Source: Myxococcota bacterium
GTDB taxonomy: Bacteria; Myxococcota_A; UBA796; UBA2385
Direction of reading: 5' to 3'
DNA: 64,000 nucleotides
NCBI GenBank assembly: GCA_044344255.1
Contig: JBIJDH010000008.1
Span: 96,001-160,000 of the forward strand
The position numbers and the translations under genes are program-made. Below the pieces are notes generated by a model that saw only the letters and a program-made list of their open reading frames with translations, had not been told where the DNA came from and did no database searches. Positions 18,193-26,570 of the stretch are shown in pieces (position 1 is the stretch's first letter; each line of letters opens with the position of its first letter).

Positions 18193-18237
18193 ATCGTCGT
18201 CGTCGTCATCGTCATCGTCATCGTCGTCATCGTCATC
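18193..18237. repeat. Imperfect trinucleotide tract (ATC/GTC)15
   Basis: Fifteen ATC/GTC units. On the minus strand it reads as poly-Asp in one frame and Met/Thr in another. Confidence 0.85.
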
Positions 18238-18242
18238 CAGCA

Positions 18243-18267
18243 AACGTGCGGGACCCGGCCGCGTGAC
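18243..18267 (-). promoter_or_regulatory. ECF-type promoter GTCAC-N16-CGTT toward the sigma gene
   Basis: Minus strand reads GTCAC gcggccgggtcccgca CGTT; same architecture as the plus-strand copy. Confidence 0.65.
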
Positions 18268-18323
18268 GCACCCTCCAAAAATAAATCGCCCCGACGACAC
18301 CCCAAGAAAAAGCCGCCCCCCTC

Positions 18324-18348
18324 GTCACGCAGGCCGCCGCGGCGCGTT
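18324..18348 (+). promoter_or_regulatory. ECF-type promoter GTCAC-N16-CGTT toward the small membrane gene
   Basis: GTCAC gcaggccgccgcggcg CGTT, then GGAGG and ATG 18369. Confidence 0.65.
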
Positions 18349-18368
18349 GACCCGGGTGGAGGTGCCCG

Positions 18369-18719
18369 ATGCTCTTCTTCCTGATGGGTGGTTTCCCGAT
18401 GTTCCTCATCACCCTCTTCGGCCTGCTCGGCGTCGGCGGCGCGGCCCGCTACGCCTGGGCGCCCGGCCCGGGGCGGCTGCCGCACCTGCTCGCCCTCTCC
18501 GGCGTGATCCTGGTGGGGGGCGTGGGCGGCCTCGCGGTCGATCTCATGACCGTGTTCACCCGCGTGCCCGGCGACCCCGCGCTGAGCCAGAGCCCGGAGC
18601 TCCCCTTGATCCTCCTCGTGGGCATCGGCGAGTCGCTGGCGCCGATCGTGCTGGCCGCAGGCTTCCTGATCGCCCAAGGGCTGCTCATCGCCCTCGGCCT
18701 CCGCCGCGCCCAGGGCTGA
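18369..18719 (+). CDS. Small 3-TM membrane protein (probable ECF target)
   Basis: GGAGG RBS; three hydrophobic helices; MGGFPM start and GIGESL motif. Confidence 0.7.
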   Translation: MLFFLMGGFPMFLITLFGLLGVGGAARYAWAPGPGRLPHLLALSGVILVGGVGGLAVDLMTVFTRVPGDPALSQSPELPLILLVGIGESLAPIVLAAGFLIAQGLLIALGLRRAQG

Positions 18720-18781
18720 GCCGGGGTCCTGCGGGGCGTCCTCCCCTGGCCGGCCGGCCTCGCGGCGTGCATGATCCGCCG

Positions 18782-19837
18782 ATGTCCGCCGAGCCCGCCC
18801 CCGCCCCTGCCGATCGTACGGCGCCTCTCCGCCCCACCGTCGTCTCCGAGCTCGTCGAGGAGCAGGTGATCGAGGGGGAGGCGCGCGTGCGGGCGCTGAA
18901 GCAGCTCGTCCGCTTCGGCGAGGAGGCCCCCCTCTTCGCCGTCCGCAAGCACCTGCCCGACGGCCCAACCCGGCCGCCGGTGCTGCTGCTCCACGGCTTC
19001 GCCCAGAACCGCTACTCCTGGCACACGAGCCAGCGCTCCCCCTCGGCGGCCCTGGTCGCGCAGGGCTTCGACGTCTGGAACCTCGAGCTCCGCGGCCACG
19101 GGCGCAGCCGCGACGAGGGCACGAGCGGCGCCGAGACCTTCGCCGACTATGTGAGCGACGTCTCTCGTGTGGTGGCCGCCCTGCCCGACCGCCCCTTCCT
19201 CATCGGCCACTCCCTCGGCGGCGCCGTCTCCTACGCGACCGGGGCCACCCTCCCCGAGGGCGCCCTCCGCGGCGTCGTGGGCATCGGCGCGCTCTATCAG
19301 TTCGGACAGGCCAATTGGGCCATCCACGCCCTCGGCGCCCTCACCCACTCCCTCCGAGACGCCCCGTGGATGGCGCAGTTGCAGGTGCGCACCCGCATCG
19401 CCGGGCGCCTGCTCGCCAAGCTCTATGGGGTCTCCGACGTCGCCGGCTGGGCCTTCCCGATCAGCGGCTGGTGGCCCGGGAGCATCGAGCCCGACATCCT
19501 CCACGAGCGCCTCGTCAAGGGCTTCGACTGGACGAGCGTAAAAGTGTGGATGGAGATGAGCCGCTGGGCCGCCACCGGTCACTTCGAGTACGACGAGGGC
19601 TGGAGCCGCCGAGATGTCCCCGTGTTGGTGCTGCTCGGCGACGAGGACCACCTGATGCCCCCCGCCGACGGCCGCTCGGCCTATGAGCGCTCCGGCAGCC
19701 AGGACCGCAGTCTGCACATCCTCGACGACTGGCACCACGAGGTCCACTGGGGTCACCTCGACCTCGTGCTCGGCCGCCTCGCCTCGAAGCACGTCTGGCC
19801 CCTCTACACCGACTGGATGATCGACCGTTGCCCATGA
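18782..19837 (+). CDS. Alpha/beta hydrolase
   Basis: LLHGFAQN, ELRGHG, GHSLGG, D.LMP, WGHLDL. Confidence 0.85.
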   Translation: MSAEPAPAPADRTAPLRPTVVSELVEEQVIEGEARVRALKQLVRFGEEAPLFAVRKHLPDGPTRPPVLLLHGFAQNRYSWHTSQRSPSAALVAQGFDVWNLELRGHGRSRDEGTSGAETFADYVSDVSRVVAALPDRPFLIGHSLGGAVSYATGATLPEGALRGVVGIGALYQFGQANWAIHALGALTHSLRDAPWMAQLQVRTRIAGRLLAKLYGVSDVAGWAFPISGWWPGSIEPDILHERLVKGFDWTSVKVWMEMSRWAATGHFEYDEGWSRRDVPVLVLLGDEDHLMPPADGRSAYERSGSQDRSLHILDDWHHEVHWGHLDLVLGRLASKHVWPLYTDWMIDRCP

Positions 19838-20427
19838 ACCCACCCCGCGGGCGCCCCCCCGCGCTGTTTGCCGTCGTGCTCCTGTCGACCGTCTACGGGG
19901 AGCTGTCGGGCTGCGCGCAGGCCCCCCCGAAGCTGACCGCCGCGGACATCCCCTATGGGGAGGGCACCGTTCAGGGGGCCCTCGACGCCCTCCGCACCCC
20001 CGCCCCTGCGGCCAGCGCCGACGACACGCCCGAGCAGCGGGCCATCACCCGCCTCGAGGAGCGGGTCGGGCAACTCGAGCTGCTGCTGACCGAGATGAAG
20101 GTCCAAGGGGTCATGCCCGCCACGGCGGTCACCTATGACCCCCGGCTCGGCACGATGGCCGCCACCAACACCCAGGTCGCCCTCGAGACCTTGGAGGCCC
20201 GCCTCGCCCGCCTCGAAGACGCGGCCAGCGGCGCCGCGATGGGCCAGCCGGGGCCGGGGCTCTTCGACGTCGGCAAGGGCAACAAGGGCGGTAAGGCCGG
20301 CGCGCGCGGTGGCCCCAGCGGCCCTGGGGGCCAGGGCGGGCCGCCCCCGCCGCCCACCGCGCCTTCGGGCGGACAGAAGGGCTCCCCGGGTGCGTCCTCG
20401 GGGGGCGGGGCGCCGCCCGCACATTGA
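19834..20427 (+). CDS. Hypothetical exported/lipoprotein with Gly/Pro-rich tail
   Basis: ATGA coupling to the upstream gene; hydrophobic N-terminus with LSGC; short coiled coils. Confidence 0.55.
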   Translation: MNPPRGRPPALFAVVLLSTVYGELSGCAQAPPKLTAADIPYGEGTVQGALDALRTPAPAASADDTPEQRAITRLEERVGQLELLLTEMKVQGVMPATAVTYDPRLGTMAATNTQVALETLEARLARLEDAASGAAMGQPGPGLFDVGKGNKGGKAGARGGPSGPGGQGGPPPPPTAPSGGQKGSPGASSGGGAPPAH

Positions 20428-21929
20428 TGGGGGTCATTCAGGCGACAGGGCCCGTGCCGCCCACCCACGTCGTGCTCCTGAACCCGCGTGCGCAGCAGTC
20501 GCACCGCCGGCTCCCCCTCTCCGTGCTCTTCGCGGCGCGCGGCGTCCCCGAGGGGATGACCTGGGAGATCATCGACGCCAACATCATGCCCGACGCCCGC
20601 CAGCGCCTCGACGCCGCCCTCGGCCGTGATCCCGACCACAGCATCCTCCTCGTCACCGTGATGCCGGGCCCGCAGCTCCGGCAGGCCACCCCCTGGTGCC
20701 GCGACGTCCGCGCTCGTTTCCCCACCGTGCGCATCGTCTGGGGCGGGTATTTCCCGACGGTCTATCCGGCTGCCGTGGCCAAAGACCCCGCCGTCGACGT
20801 CGTGGTGATGGGACAGGGGGAGCGCACCCTCGCCGAGCTCCTCCCCCTCCTCGCCCAGGGCGGCGACCCCGCCGGGCTCCCGGGCACCGCCGTCTGGCGC
20901 GACGGCGCCCTCATCACCGGCCCCGAGCGCCCCCTGGCTCTCTCCGCCTCCTTTGGAGACCCGGCCTATGACCGCCTGCCGATGGAGCGATACGCCGCCC
21001 GCACCTTCCTCGGGGCGCGCACCTTCAACCACCACAGCTCGGTCGGCTGCCCCTACGTCTGCAATTTCTGCGCGGTCACGAGCATGTTCGAGGGGCGCTG
21101 GCTGGCCGACAAGCCCGATGACGTGCTCCGCGTCGTGCGCCGCCTGCACCGAGACCACGGCGCCGACGCGATCGAGTTTCACGACAACAACTTCTTCGCC
21201 GCCGAGAAGCGCACGCGAGAGATCGCGGCCGGCATGGTCGGCCTCAACCTGCGCTGGTGGGGAGAGGCCCGCATCGACACCATGCTCGGCTGGTCGGAGC
21301 TCACCTGGAAGACGCTCTCCCAGAGCGGCCTCGCGATGGTCTTCTATGGGGCCGAGAGCGGCGACCAGGCCGCCCTCGACGCCATGGACAAGGGCGGCCT
21401 CCAGGTGGCCGACATCCGCGCCCTCAACCGCCGCGCCAAGGGGCACGGCATCATCCCCGAGTTCTCCTTCGTGCTCGGCAACCCGGCCGACCCCGCAGGG
21501 GACATCGACCGCTCCCTCCGCCTCGTCGAGGCGTTGAAGGATGAGAACCCGGACTGCGAGATCATCCTCTACCTCTACACCCCGGTGCCCCTCCCCGGCA
21601 TGTTTGACCAGGCGACCGAGCAGGGCTTCGCCTTCCCCGACTCACTCGACGACTGGCTCTCCCCGCAGTGGTACCGGTATGAGGACCGCCGCAACCCCGG
21701 CACCCCCTGGCTCACGCCCAGCCTCATCCGCCGGGTCTATGACTTCGAGGCGGTGCTGCACGCCCGCTGGCCCTCGACGAGCGACCGCAACCTCCGCCGC
21801 TGGCAGCGCGCCGTGCTCCGGGCCCTGTCCACCCCCCGCCAGCGCCTCCGCCTCTATCAACACCCCTATGAGCTCAAGCTCCTCCAGCGCGCCTGGTCCT
21901 ATCGGCGCCCGGAGGAGATGGGCTTTTAG
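20424..21929 (+). CDS. B12-binding domain radical SAM enzyme
   Basis: VWGG.FPT, GQGE (cobalamin-binding domain); GCPYVCNFC; DNNF, GAESG. Confidence 0.9.
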   Translation: MMGVIQATGPVPPTHVVLLNPRAQQSHRRLPLSVLFAARGVPEGMTWEIIDANIMPDARQRLDAALGRDPDHSILLVTVMPGPQLRQATPWCRDVRARFPTVRIVWGGYFPTVYPAAVAKDPAVDVVVMGQGERTLAELLPLLAQGGDPAGLPGTAVWRDGALITGPERPLALSASFGDPAYDRLPMERYAARTFLGARTFNHHSSVGCPYVCNFCAVTSMFEGRWLADKPDDVLRVVRRLHRDHGADAIEFHDNNFFAAEKRTREIAAGMVGLNLRWWGEARIDTMLGWSELTWKTLSQSGLAMVFYGAESGDQAALDAMDKGGLQVADIRALNRRAKGHGIIPEFSFVLGNPADPAGDIDRSLRLVEALKDENPDCEIILYLYTPVPLPGMFDQATEQGFAFPDSLDDWLSPQWYRYEDRRNPGTPWLTPSLIRRVYDFEAVLHARWPSTSDRNLRRWQRAVLRALSTPRQRLRLYQHPYELKLLQRAWSYRRPEEMGF

Positions 21930-21955
21930 TCCTCTCTGCCCCCTCTCCCCTCGGA

Positions 21956-22831
21956 ATGACCATGTCCGCCCTGCTGCTCCTCCTCTCTCTCCTCTCCCCC
22001 ACCGCCCTCTCCGCAGAAGGTGAGCCCGCCTCTGCCGGGCTGGCCACGCGCGAGAACCGGAAGGAGATCGCCCCCACCGTGATCTTCATCCACGGGCTCT
22101 ACCTGAACGCCCGCTCGTGGGAGCCCTGGGTGGAGCGCTTCGAGGCCGAGGGCTGGGAGGTGCTGGCCCCGGACTGGCCCGGCCACGCGGGCGAGCCGGC
22201 CAAGCTCCGCGAGAGCCCGCCCGCCGAGCTCCGGGAGCTCGATCTCGCCGCCGTGACCGAGTTCTATCGCAAGCTCGTCAAGGCCCAGCCCACCCCGCCT
22301 GTGCTCGTCGGCCACTCGATGGGCGGCCTCATCGTCCAGATCCTCCTCTCCGAGGGCCTCGGCCGCGGCGGCGTCGCCCTCCACTCCGCCCCGCCGAAGG
22401 GCCTGATGAGCATGAAGCTCTCCTTCCTCCGCTCCAACACCGCGAGCCTCAGCCTCCGCAAGAAGCCCGTGCTGATGAGCCCGAAGAAGTTCAACTACGC
22501 CTTCACGAATGACCTCACGCGCGCGCAGTCAGCCCCCTTCTACAACGAGCTCGTGGTGCCCGAGTCTCGGGTGGCCGCCGGCGGGCCGCTCACCAAGCAG
22601 GCCAAGGTCAACTTCAAGGCCAAGCACGCGCCCCTCCTGATGATCGCAGGCAAGGAAGACCACGTCATCCCCTACAAGCTCAACCGGAAGAACGCGAAGA
22701 AGTGGAAGAAGGAGGCCGGTGACATCGAGTTCGAGGCCATGCCGGGCCGCACCCACCTCACGCTCGCTGAGCCCGGGTGGGAGGCCGTCGCCGACCGCGT
22801 CATCCAGTGGGCGGGCAAGCTGCCGGACTGA
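21956..22831 (+). CDS. Secreted alpha/beta hydrolase
   Basis: Signal peptide; FIHGL, GHSMGG, G.EDH.IP, GRTH. Confidence 0.85.
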   Translation: MTMSALLLLLSLLSPTALSAEGEPASAGLATRENRKEIAPTVIFIHGLYLNARSWEPWVERFEAEGWEVLAPDWPGHAGEPAKLRESPPAELRELDLAAVTEFYRKLVKAQPTPPVLVGHSMGGLIVQILLSEGLGRGGVALHSAPPKGLMSMKLSFLRSNTASLSLRKKPVLMSPKKFNYAFTNDLTRAQSAPFYNELVVPESRVAAGGPLTKQAKVNFKAKHAPLLMIAGKEDHVIPYKLNRKNAKKWKKEAGDIEFEAMPGRTHLTLAEPGWEAVADRVIQWAGKLPD

Positions 22832-22865
22832 GGTGAGGGCCCCCCGGGCCTCGCTCAGCCCTCCT

Positions 22866-23399
22866 TCAGCTCTTCTTGAGCCGCGACTCGAGCGCCGCAA
22901 GGCGGGCCCGCAGGGCGTCCATCTCCGCGTCCGGGGCGGCCGCCTCTGTCGCGGGGCTCGCCGCGCTCGGCGTGGGGCTCGGGCGGGGCGGCGCCTCCTC
23001 GGGGGGCGGCTCGGGCGCGGCCCGCTTGGCCTCGGGGGGCGGCTCGGGGGCGGGATCGGACTTCCACCAGCCGAGCTGCCGCTCGAGCTGGAGGAGCTGG
23101 TTGTCGACCATCTGCAGGCCCACCGAGATCTGCTGCATCGCCATGCGCTGGGTGGGGCTGTCCCCGCTCATGCGGATGATGCGATGCAGCAAGCCGGGGG
23201 GGAGCATGTCGACGCCCCCTTGGGCCTCGAGGATGATCTGGAGGAGGGTGGCGCGGGTGAGGTCGTCGCCCGTGCTGGCGTCCACCACCTGGAGCTGCTC
23301 CCCCTTGCGCACATGGGCGGCCAGCTCCTCGAGGTTGACGTAGGCCGAGGCGGTGGTGTCGTAGAGCCGCCGGTTGCTGTACTTCTTGATGATCCGCAT
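22866..23399 (-). CDS. phaR: Polyhydroxyalkanoate synthesis repressor
   Basis: IIKKYSNRRLYDT..SAYVNL...TGDDLTRATLLQII is the PhaR DNA-binding signature; adjacent to pha genes. Confidence 0.9.
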   Translation of the reverse strand: MRIIKKYSNRRLYDTTASAYVNLEELAAHVRKGEQLQVVDASTGDDLTRATLLQIILEAQGGVDMLPPGLLHRIIRMSGDSPTQRMAMQQISVGLQMVDNQLLQLERQLGWWKSDPAPEPPPEAKRAAPEPPPEEAPPRPSPTPSAASPATEAAAPDAEMDALRARLAALESRLKKS

Positions 23400-23425
23400 G
23401 GCCGCGCCTTAACCCTTGGGTCCAC

Positions 23426-23476
23426 GCTGCGCTGCAACAAAAATTCCTTGACGCATTGCAACACGGCGGGTAGAAG
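23426..23476 (+). promoter_or_regulatory. Sigma70-like promoter overlapped by two GC-N3-GCAACA boxes (candidate PhaR operators)
   Basis: TTGACG (23448)-N17-TAGAAG (23471); TGCGCTGCAACA and CGCATTGCAACA. Confidence 0.55.
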
Positions 23477-23584
23477 AAGGACATGGATGGCGGCGCTGCT
23501 GACCACCCCGACCTTCTGGACCGCTTGGACCTTCTGAACCGCCTCCCTTCACACCACCCCGGCCGACCGCCGCAGGAGCACCCC

Positions 23585-23842
23585 ATGTTCAACGCCGACG
23601 CCCTCAAGACCCCCGCCGCCTTCACCGCTTCTGTCCTCGATCAGAGCAAGAAGGTGGTCGAGGCCAACAAGAAGGTGGTGGACTTCCAGATGGGCCAGTG
23701 GAGCAGCGCCGAGAAGGCCGCCTCCGCCCAGATGAAGAGCGTGATGGACCTCTCGATGACCAGCCTCAAGTCCAGCGTCGAGATGGCCTTCGACATGCAG
23801 AAGGCCGCCCTCGAGGCCATGGCCCCCAAGGCTGACGCCTGA
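23585..23842 (+). CDS. Phasin-like small amphipathic helical protein
   Basis: 85 aa, Ala/Lys/Met-rich, strong codon bias, AGGAG RBS, first gene divergent from phaR. Confidence 0.6.
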   Translation: MFNADALKTPAAFTASVLDQSKKVVEANKKVVDFQMGQWSSAEKAASAQMKSVMDLSMTSLKSSVEMAFDMQKAALEAMAPKADA

Positions 23843-23895
23843 ATCGGGCACCGCCCGCCTGAACCGCCGCCCGCCTCGACCTGACTGGAGCTCCC

Positions 23896-24453
23896 ATGGC
23901 CACCTCTTCCCCGAACGGCACCCCGAACGGCACCGTCAACCCCGCTGACTTCGGTCGTTTCGCCGATCAGATGCACGAGCAGTGGGAGAAGAGCATGGGG
24001 GCCTGGTGGGACCAGGTGCTCGAGTCGCAGCCCTTCCTCGACGCCGTCAACAAGGGAATGTCGAGTCAGGTGCGGGCGCGCGGTCAATACGAGTCGGCGA
24101 TGGACGAGCAGCTCAAGAAGCTGCACATGCCCACCCGCGGTGACCTCGTGCACGTGGCCCGCATCGCCACCCTGCTCGAGGAGAAGCTCCTCCAGGTCGA
24201 GGACACGCTCCTCACCCTGAAGGACACCACCGTCGCCCAGGTCTCCCTGCTCGAGCGCATCGAGCGGGAGGCCCTCCAGGCCCGCATCGAGGCCGCGGAG
24301 GCCCGCATCGAGCTCCGCGAGAAGCTCGGCGCCCTCCAGGCCCGCATCGACGCCTTGGACTCCGCCGCCGAGGTCGCCCCCGCCGCCGGCGCCCCCGCCG
24401 CCGGCGCCCCGGCCGCCGCTGACCTCAACCGCGCCAAGAAGCCGAAGGTCTGA
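23896..24453 (+). CDS. PhaE/PhaR(class IV)-like PHA synthase accessory subunit
   Basis: LHMPTRGDL motif (PhaE-type L..PTR.E/D) followed by a coiled coil; immediately upstream of phaC. Confidence 0.6.
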   Translation: MATSSPNGTPNGTVNPADFGRFADQMHEQWEKSMGAWWDQVLESQPFLDAVNKGMSSQVRARGQYESAMDEQLKKLHMPTRGDLVHVARIATLLEEKLLQVEDTLLTLKDTTVAQVSLLERIEREALQARIEAAEARIELREKLGALQARIDALDSAAEVAPAAGAPAAGAPAAADLNRAKKPKV

Positions 24454-24456
24454 GCC

Positions 24457-25479
24457 ATGATGTTGCAGCGCGCCACCGACGTCGCCACCTTCCTCCAGTC
24501 CCGGCCGACCAAGAAGATCAAGACGGGCTGCAGCCCGCACACGATCATCCACCGGCAGAACAAGGCGGCGGTGCGGTACTTCGCCGTCCCCGCCGGGGTC
24601 GAGGCCCGACGCCCCGTCTTCATCTCGATGCCCCTCATCAACACCTGGACGATCTTCGACCTCCTCCCCGGGAAGTCGGTCGTCGAGGCGCTGACCAAGG
24701 CGGGCGTGCCGGTCTACCTCCTCGACTGGGGCACCCCCGCCGACGAGGACGCCGCCCAGACCCTCGCCGATACGATCGACAGCATCCTCGTGCGCGCCAT
24801 CGACCGCTCGATGCGCCACGCCCGCGCGGCCGGCCTCCTCGCCGCCGACGACCGCTTCGACATGATCGGCTACTGCGTGGGCGGCACCTTCCTCTCGATC
24901 GCGCTGGCCCGCAACCCCGGCCTCGCCCGCAGCCTCTGCCTGCTGGCCGCCCCGATTGACTTCCACAAGAGCGGCCGCCTCGCGGTCTGGGCCCACCCCG
25001 ACAACTTCCCGGTCGATGAGATCGTGGACGGGCTCGGCAACTTCCCCGCCGAGCTGATGCGCGAGAGCTTCGCCTGGCTCCGCCCGATGGGCCAGAGCCG
25101 CAAGTGGAAGAGCCTCTGGGACCGCGTCGAGTCCAGGAGCTTCCTCGACACCTGGTCGGCGATGGAGAAGTGGAGCGGCGACAACGTGGACTTCCCCGGC
25201 GAGAGCTACCGGGAGTACATCCACCGCTGCTACATCGACAACGCGCTGATCAAGGGCGGTTGGCAGCTCGCCGGCCGGCCGGTAAACCTCGGCGCCAACA
25301 CCATCCCCGCCCTCGCCATCGCCGCCGATCAAGACCACATCTGCCCCCCCGCCGCCGCCTTCGGCCTGAAGGAGGCCTGGGGCGGCCCGGTGGAGACCCA
25401 GGTCATCGCCGGCGGTCATGTGGGGGTATGTATCGGCAAGGCCCTGCCCGCCGCCCTCCTCGCCTGGCTCGCTCGATGA
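24457..25479 (+). CDS. phaC: Class III/IV-type PHA synthase, copy 1
   Basis: PLIN...IFDL.PGKS, YLLDWG, GYCVGG, P.DF, D (DQDHI), H (GGHVG); ~340 aa. Confidence 0.85.
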   Translation: MMLQRATDVATFLQSRPTKKIKTGCSPHTIIHRQNKAAVRYFAVPAGVEARRPVFISMPLINTWTIFDLLPGKSVVEALTKAGVPVYLLDWGTPADEDAAQTLADTIDSILVRAIDRSMRHARAAGLLAADDRFDMIGYCVGGTFLSIALARNPGLARSLCLLAAPIDFHKSGRLAVWAHPDNFPVDEIVDGLGNFPAELMRESFAWLRPMGQSRKWKSLWDRVESRSFLDTWSAMEKWSGDNVDFPGESYREYIHRCYIDNALIKGGWQLAGRPVNLGANTIPALAIAADQDHICPPAAAFGLKEAWGGPVETQVIAGGHVGVCIGKALPAALLAWLAR

Positions 25480-26570
25480 CACAGCCGTTTGTCGACCCGC
25501 TCGAAGCCCTCCGGCCCCTCTTTGAAGGGAGCCGCGCGCTCCTGCAGGCCGACAAGCTGCGCCGTGGCTACCTGCTCTCCGCCCTGCTGCCGAAGCCGCC
25601 CGTGGGGGCCACCCCTTCAGAGCTCGTGCACCGACAGGGGAAGTTGGAGCTTCGGTATTACGCGCCGACTGTCCATTCAGACGCGGCCCCCGCCCCCAAG
25701 GTCCCGGTGATCATCATCCCCTCGATGATCAACCGGGCCTACATCGTCGACCTCGAGCCCGACCGCTCGCTGGTGGCCGGGCTCGCCCAGAAGGGCCACC
25801 CGGTCTACCTCGTAGACTGGGGGGTACCCACCGAGGAGGACGCCACCCACGACGTCGGCACCGTCCTGCTCGACCTCCTGCACCGCGCGGTCGACCGGGC
25901 TTGTCGCCACGCAGGCCACCCCTCGGCCTTCCTCCTCGGCTACTGCCAGGGGGGCACCCTCGCCGCCATGTACACGGCGCTGCGCCCGGCGCGGGTCCAC
26001 GGCCTCGCCGTCTTCAACGCCCCCGTGAAGTTCTCGGAGGGCGGGCGCTTCCGGCAGTTCGTCGACGCGGCCTGCTTCGACGTCGACGCCAGCATCGCCG
26101 CCGACCGCCTCGTCCCCACCGAGATCATGACCGTGGGCTTCAAGCTGCTCGACCCCATGGGCAGCGCGCTCAAGTACGTGGCCATCGACGAGGTCTCGGC
26201 CAAGCCCCGCGAGCTCCTCCGCACGCTCGCCCGAGAGCGCTGGCTCGACGAGAACGTGCCGATGCCGGGCGCCTTCGCGCGGGAGTTCATCCGCAACGCC
26301 TACCAGGAGGACCGCCTGCTCGCCGGCACCTGGGTGGTGCGCGGAGAGACGATCGACCTGCGGAACATCCGCTGCCCGCTGATGGTGCTGGCCGCCAAGA
26401 AGGACTTCATCGCGCCCGCCCCCGCGGTGATGCCGCTCGCGACCGCGACCTCGAGCGCCGACGTGCACGCCGAGGTGCTGGACACCGGCCACATCGGCGT
26501 GGTGGTGGGCTCCTACGGCCCGCGCACCTTCTACCCCCTCCTCGACCGCTGGTTTCGAGCCCACCCATGA
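25476..26570 (+). CDS. phaC: Class III/IV-type PHA synthase, copy 2
   Basis: VGATP, SMINRAYIVDLEPDRS, YLVDWG, GYCQGG, KKDFI, TGHIG; ATGA-coupled. Confidence 0.85.
   Translation: MTQPFVDPLEALRPLFEGSRALLQADKLRRGYLLSALLPKPPVGATPSELVHRQGKLELRYYAPTVHSDAAPAPKVPVIIIPSMINRAYIVDLEPDRSLVAGLAQKGHPVYLVDWGVPTEEDATHDVGTVLLDLLHRAVDRACRHAGHPSAFLLGYCQGGTLAAMYTALRPARVHGLAVFNAPVKFSEGGRFRQFVDAACFDVDASIAADRLVPTEIMTVGFKLLDPMGSALKYVAIDEVSAKPRELLRTLARERWLDENVPMPGAFAREFIRNAYQEDRLLAGTWVVRGETIDLRNIRCPLMVLAAKKDFIAPAPAVMPLATATSSADVHAEVLDTGHIGVVVGSYGPRTFYPLLDRWFRAHP

Noticed and set aside
18115..18300. Poly-Asp N-terminal extension of the ECF sigma factor (ORF start 18300)
   Set aside because: That start lies upstream of the predicted promoter at 18243-18267; GTG 18114 has an SD.
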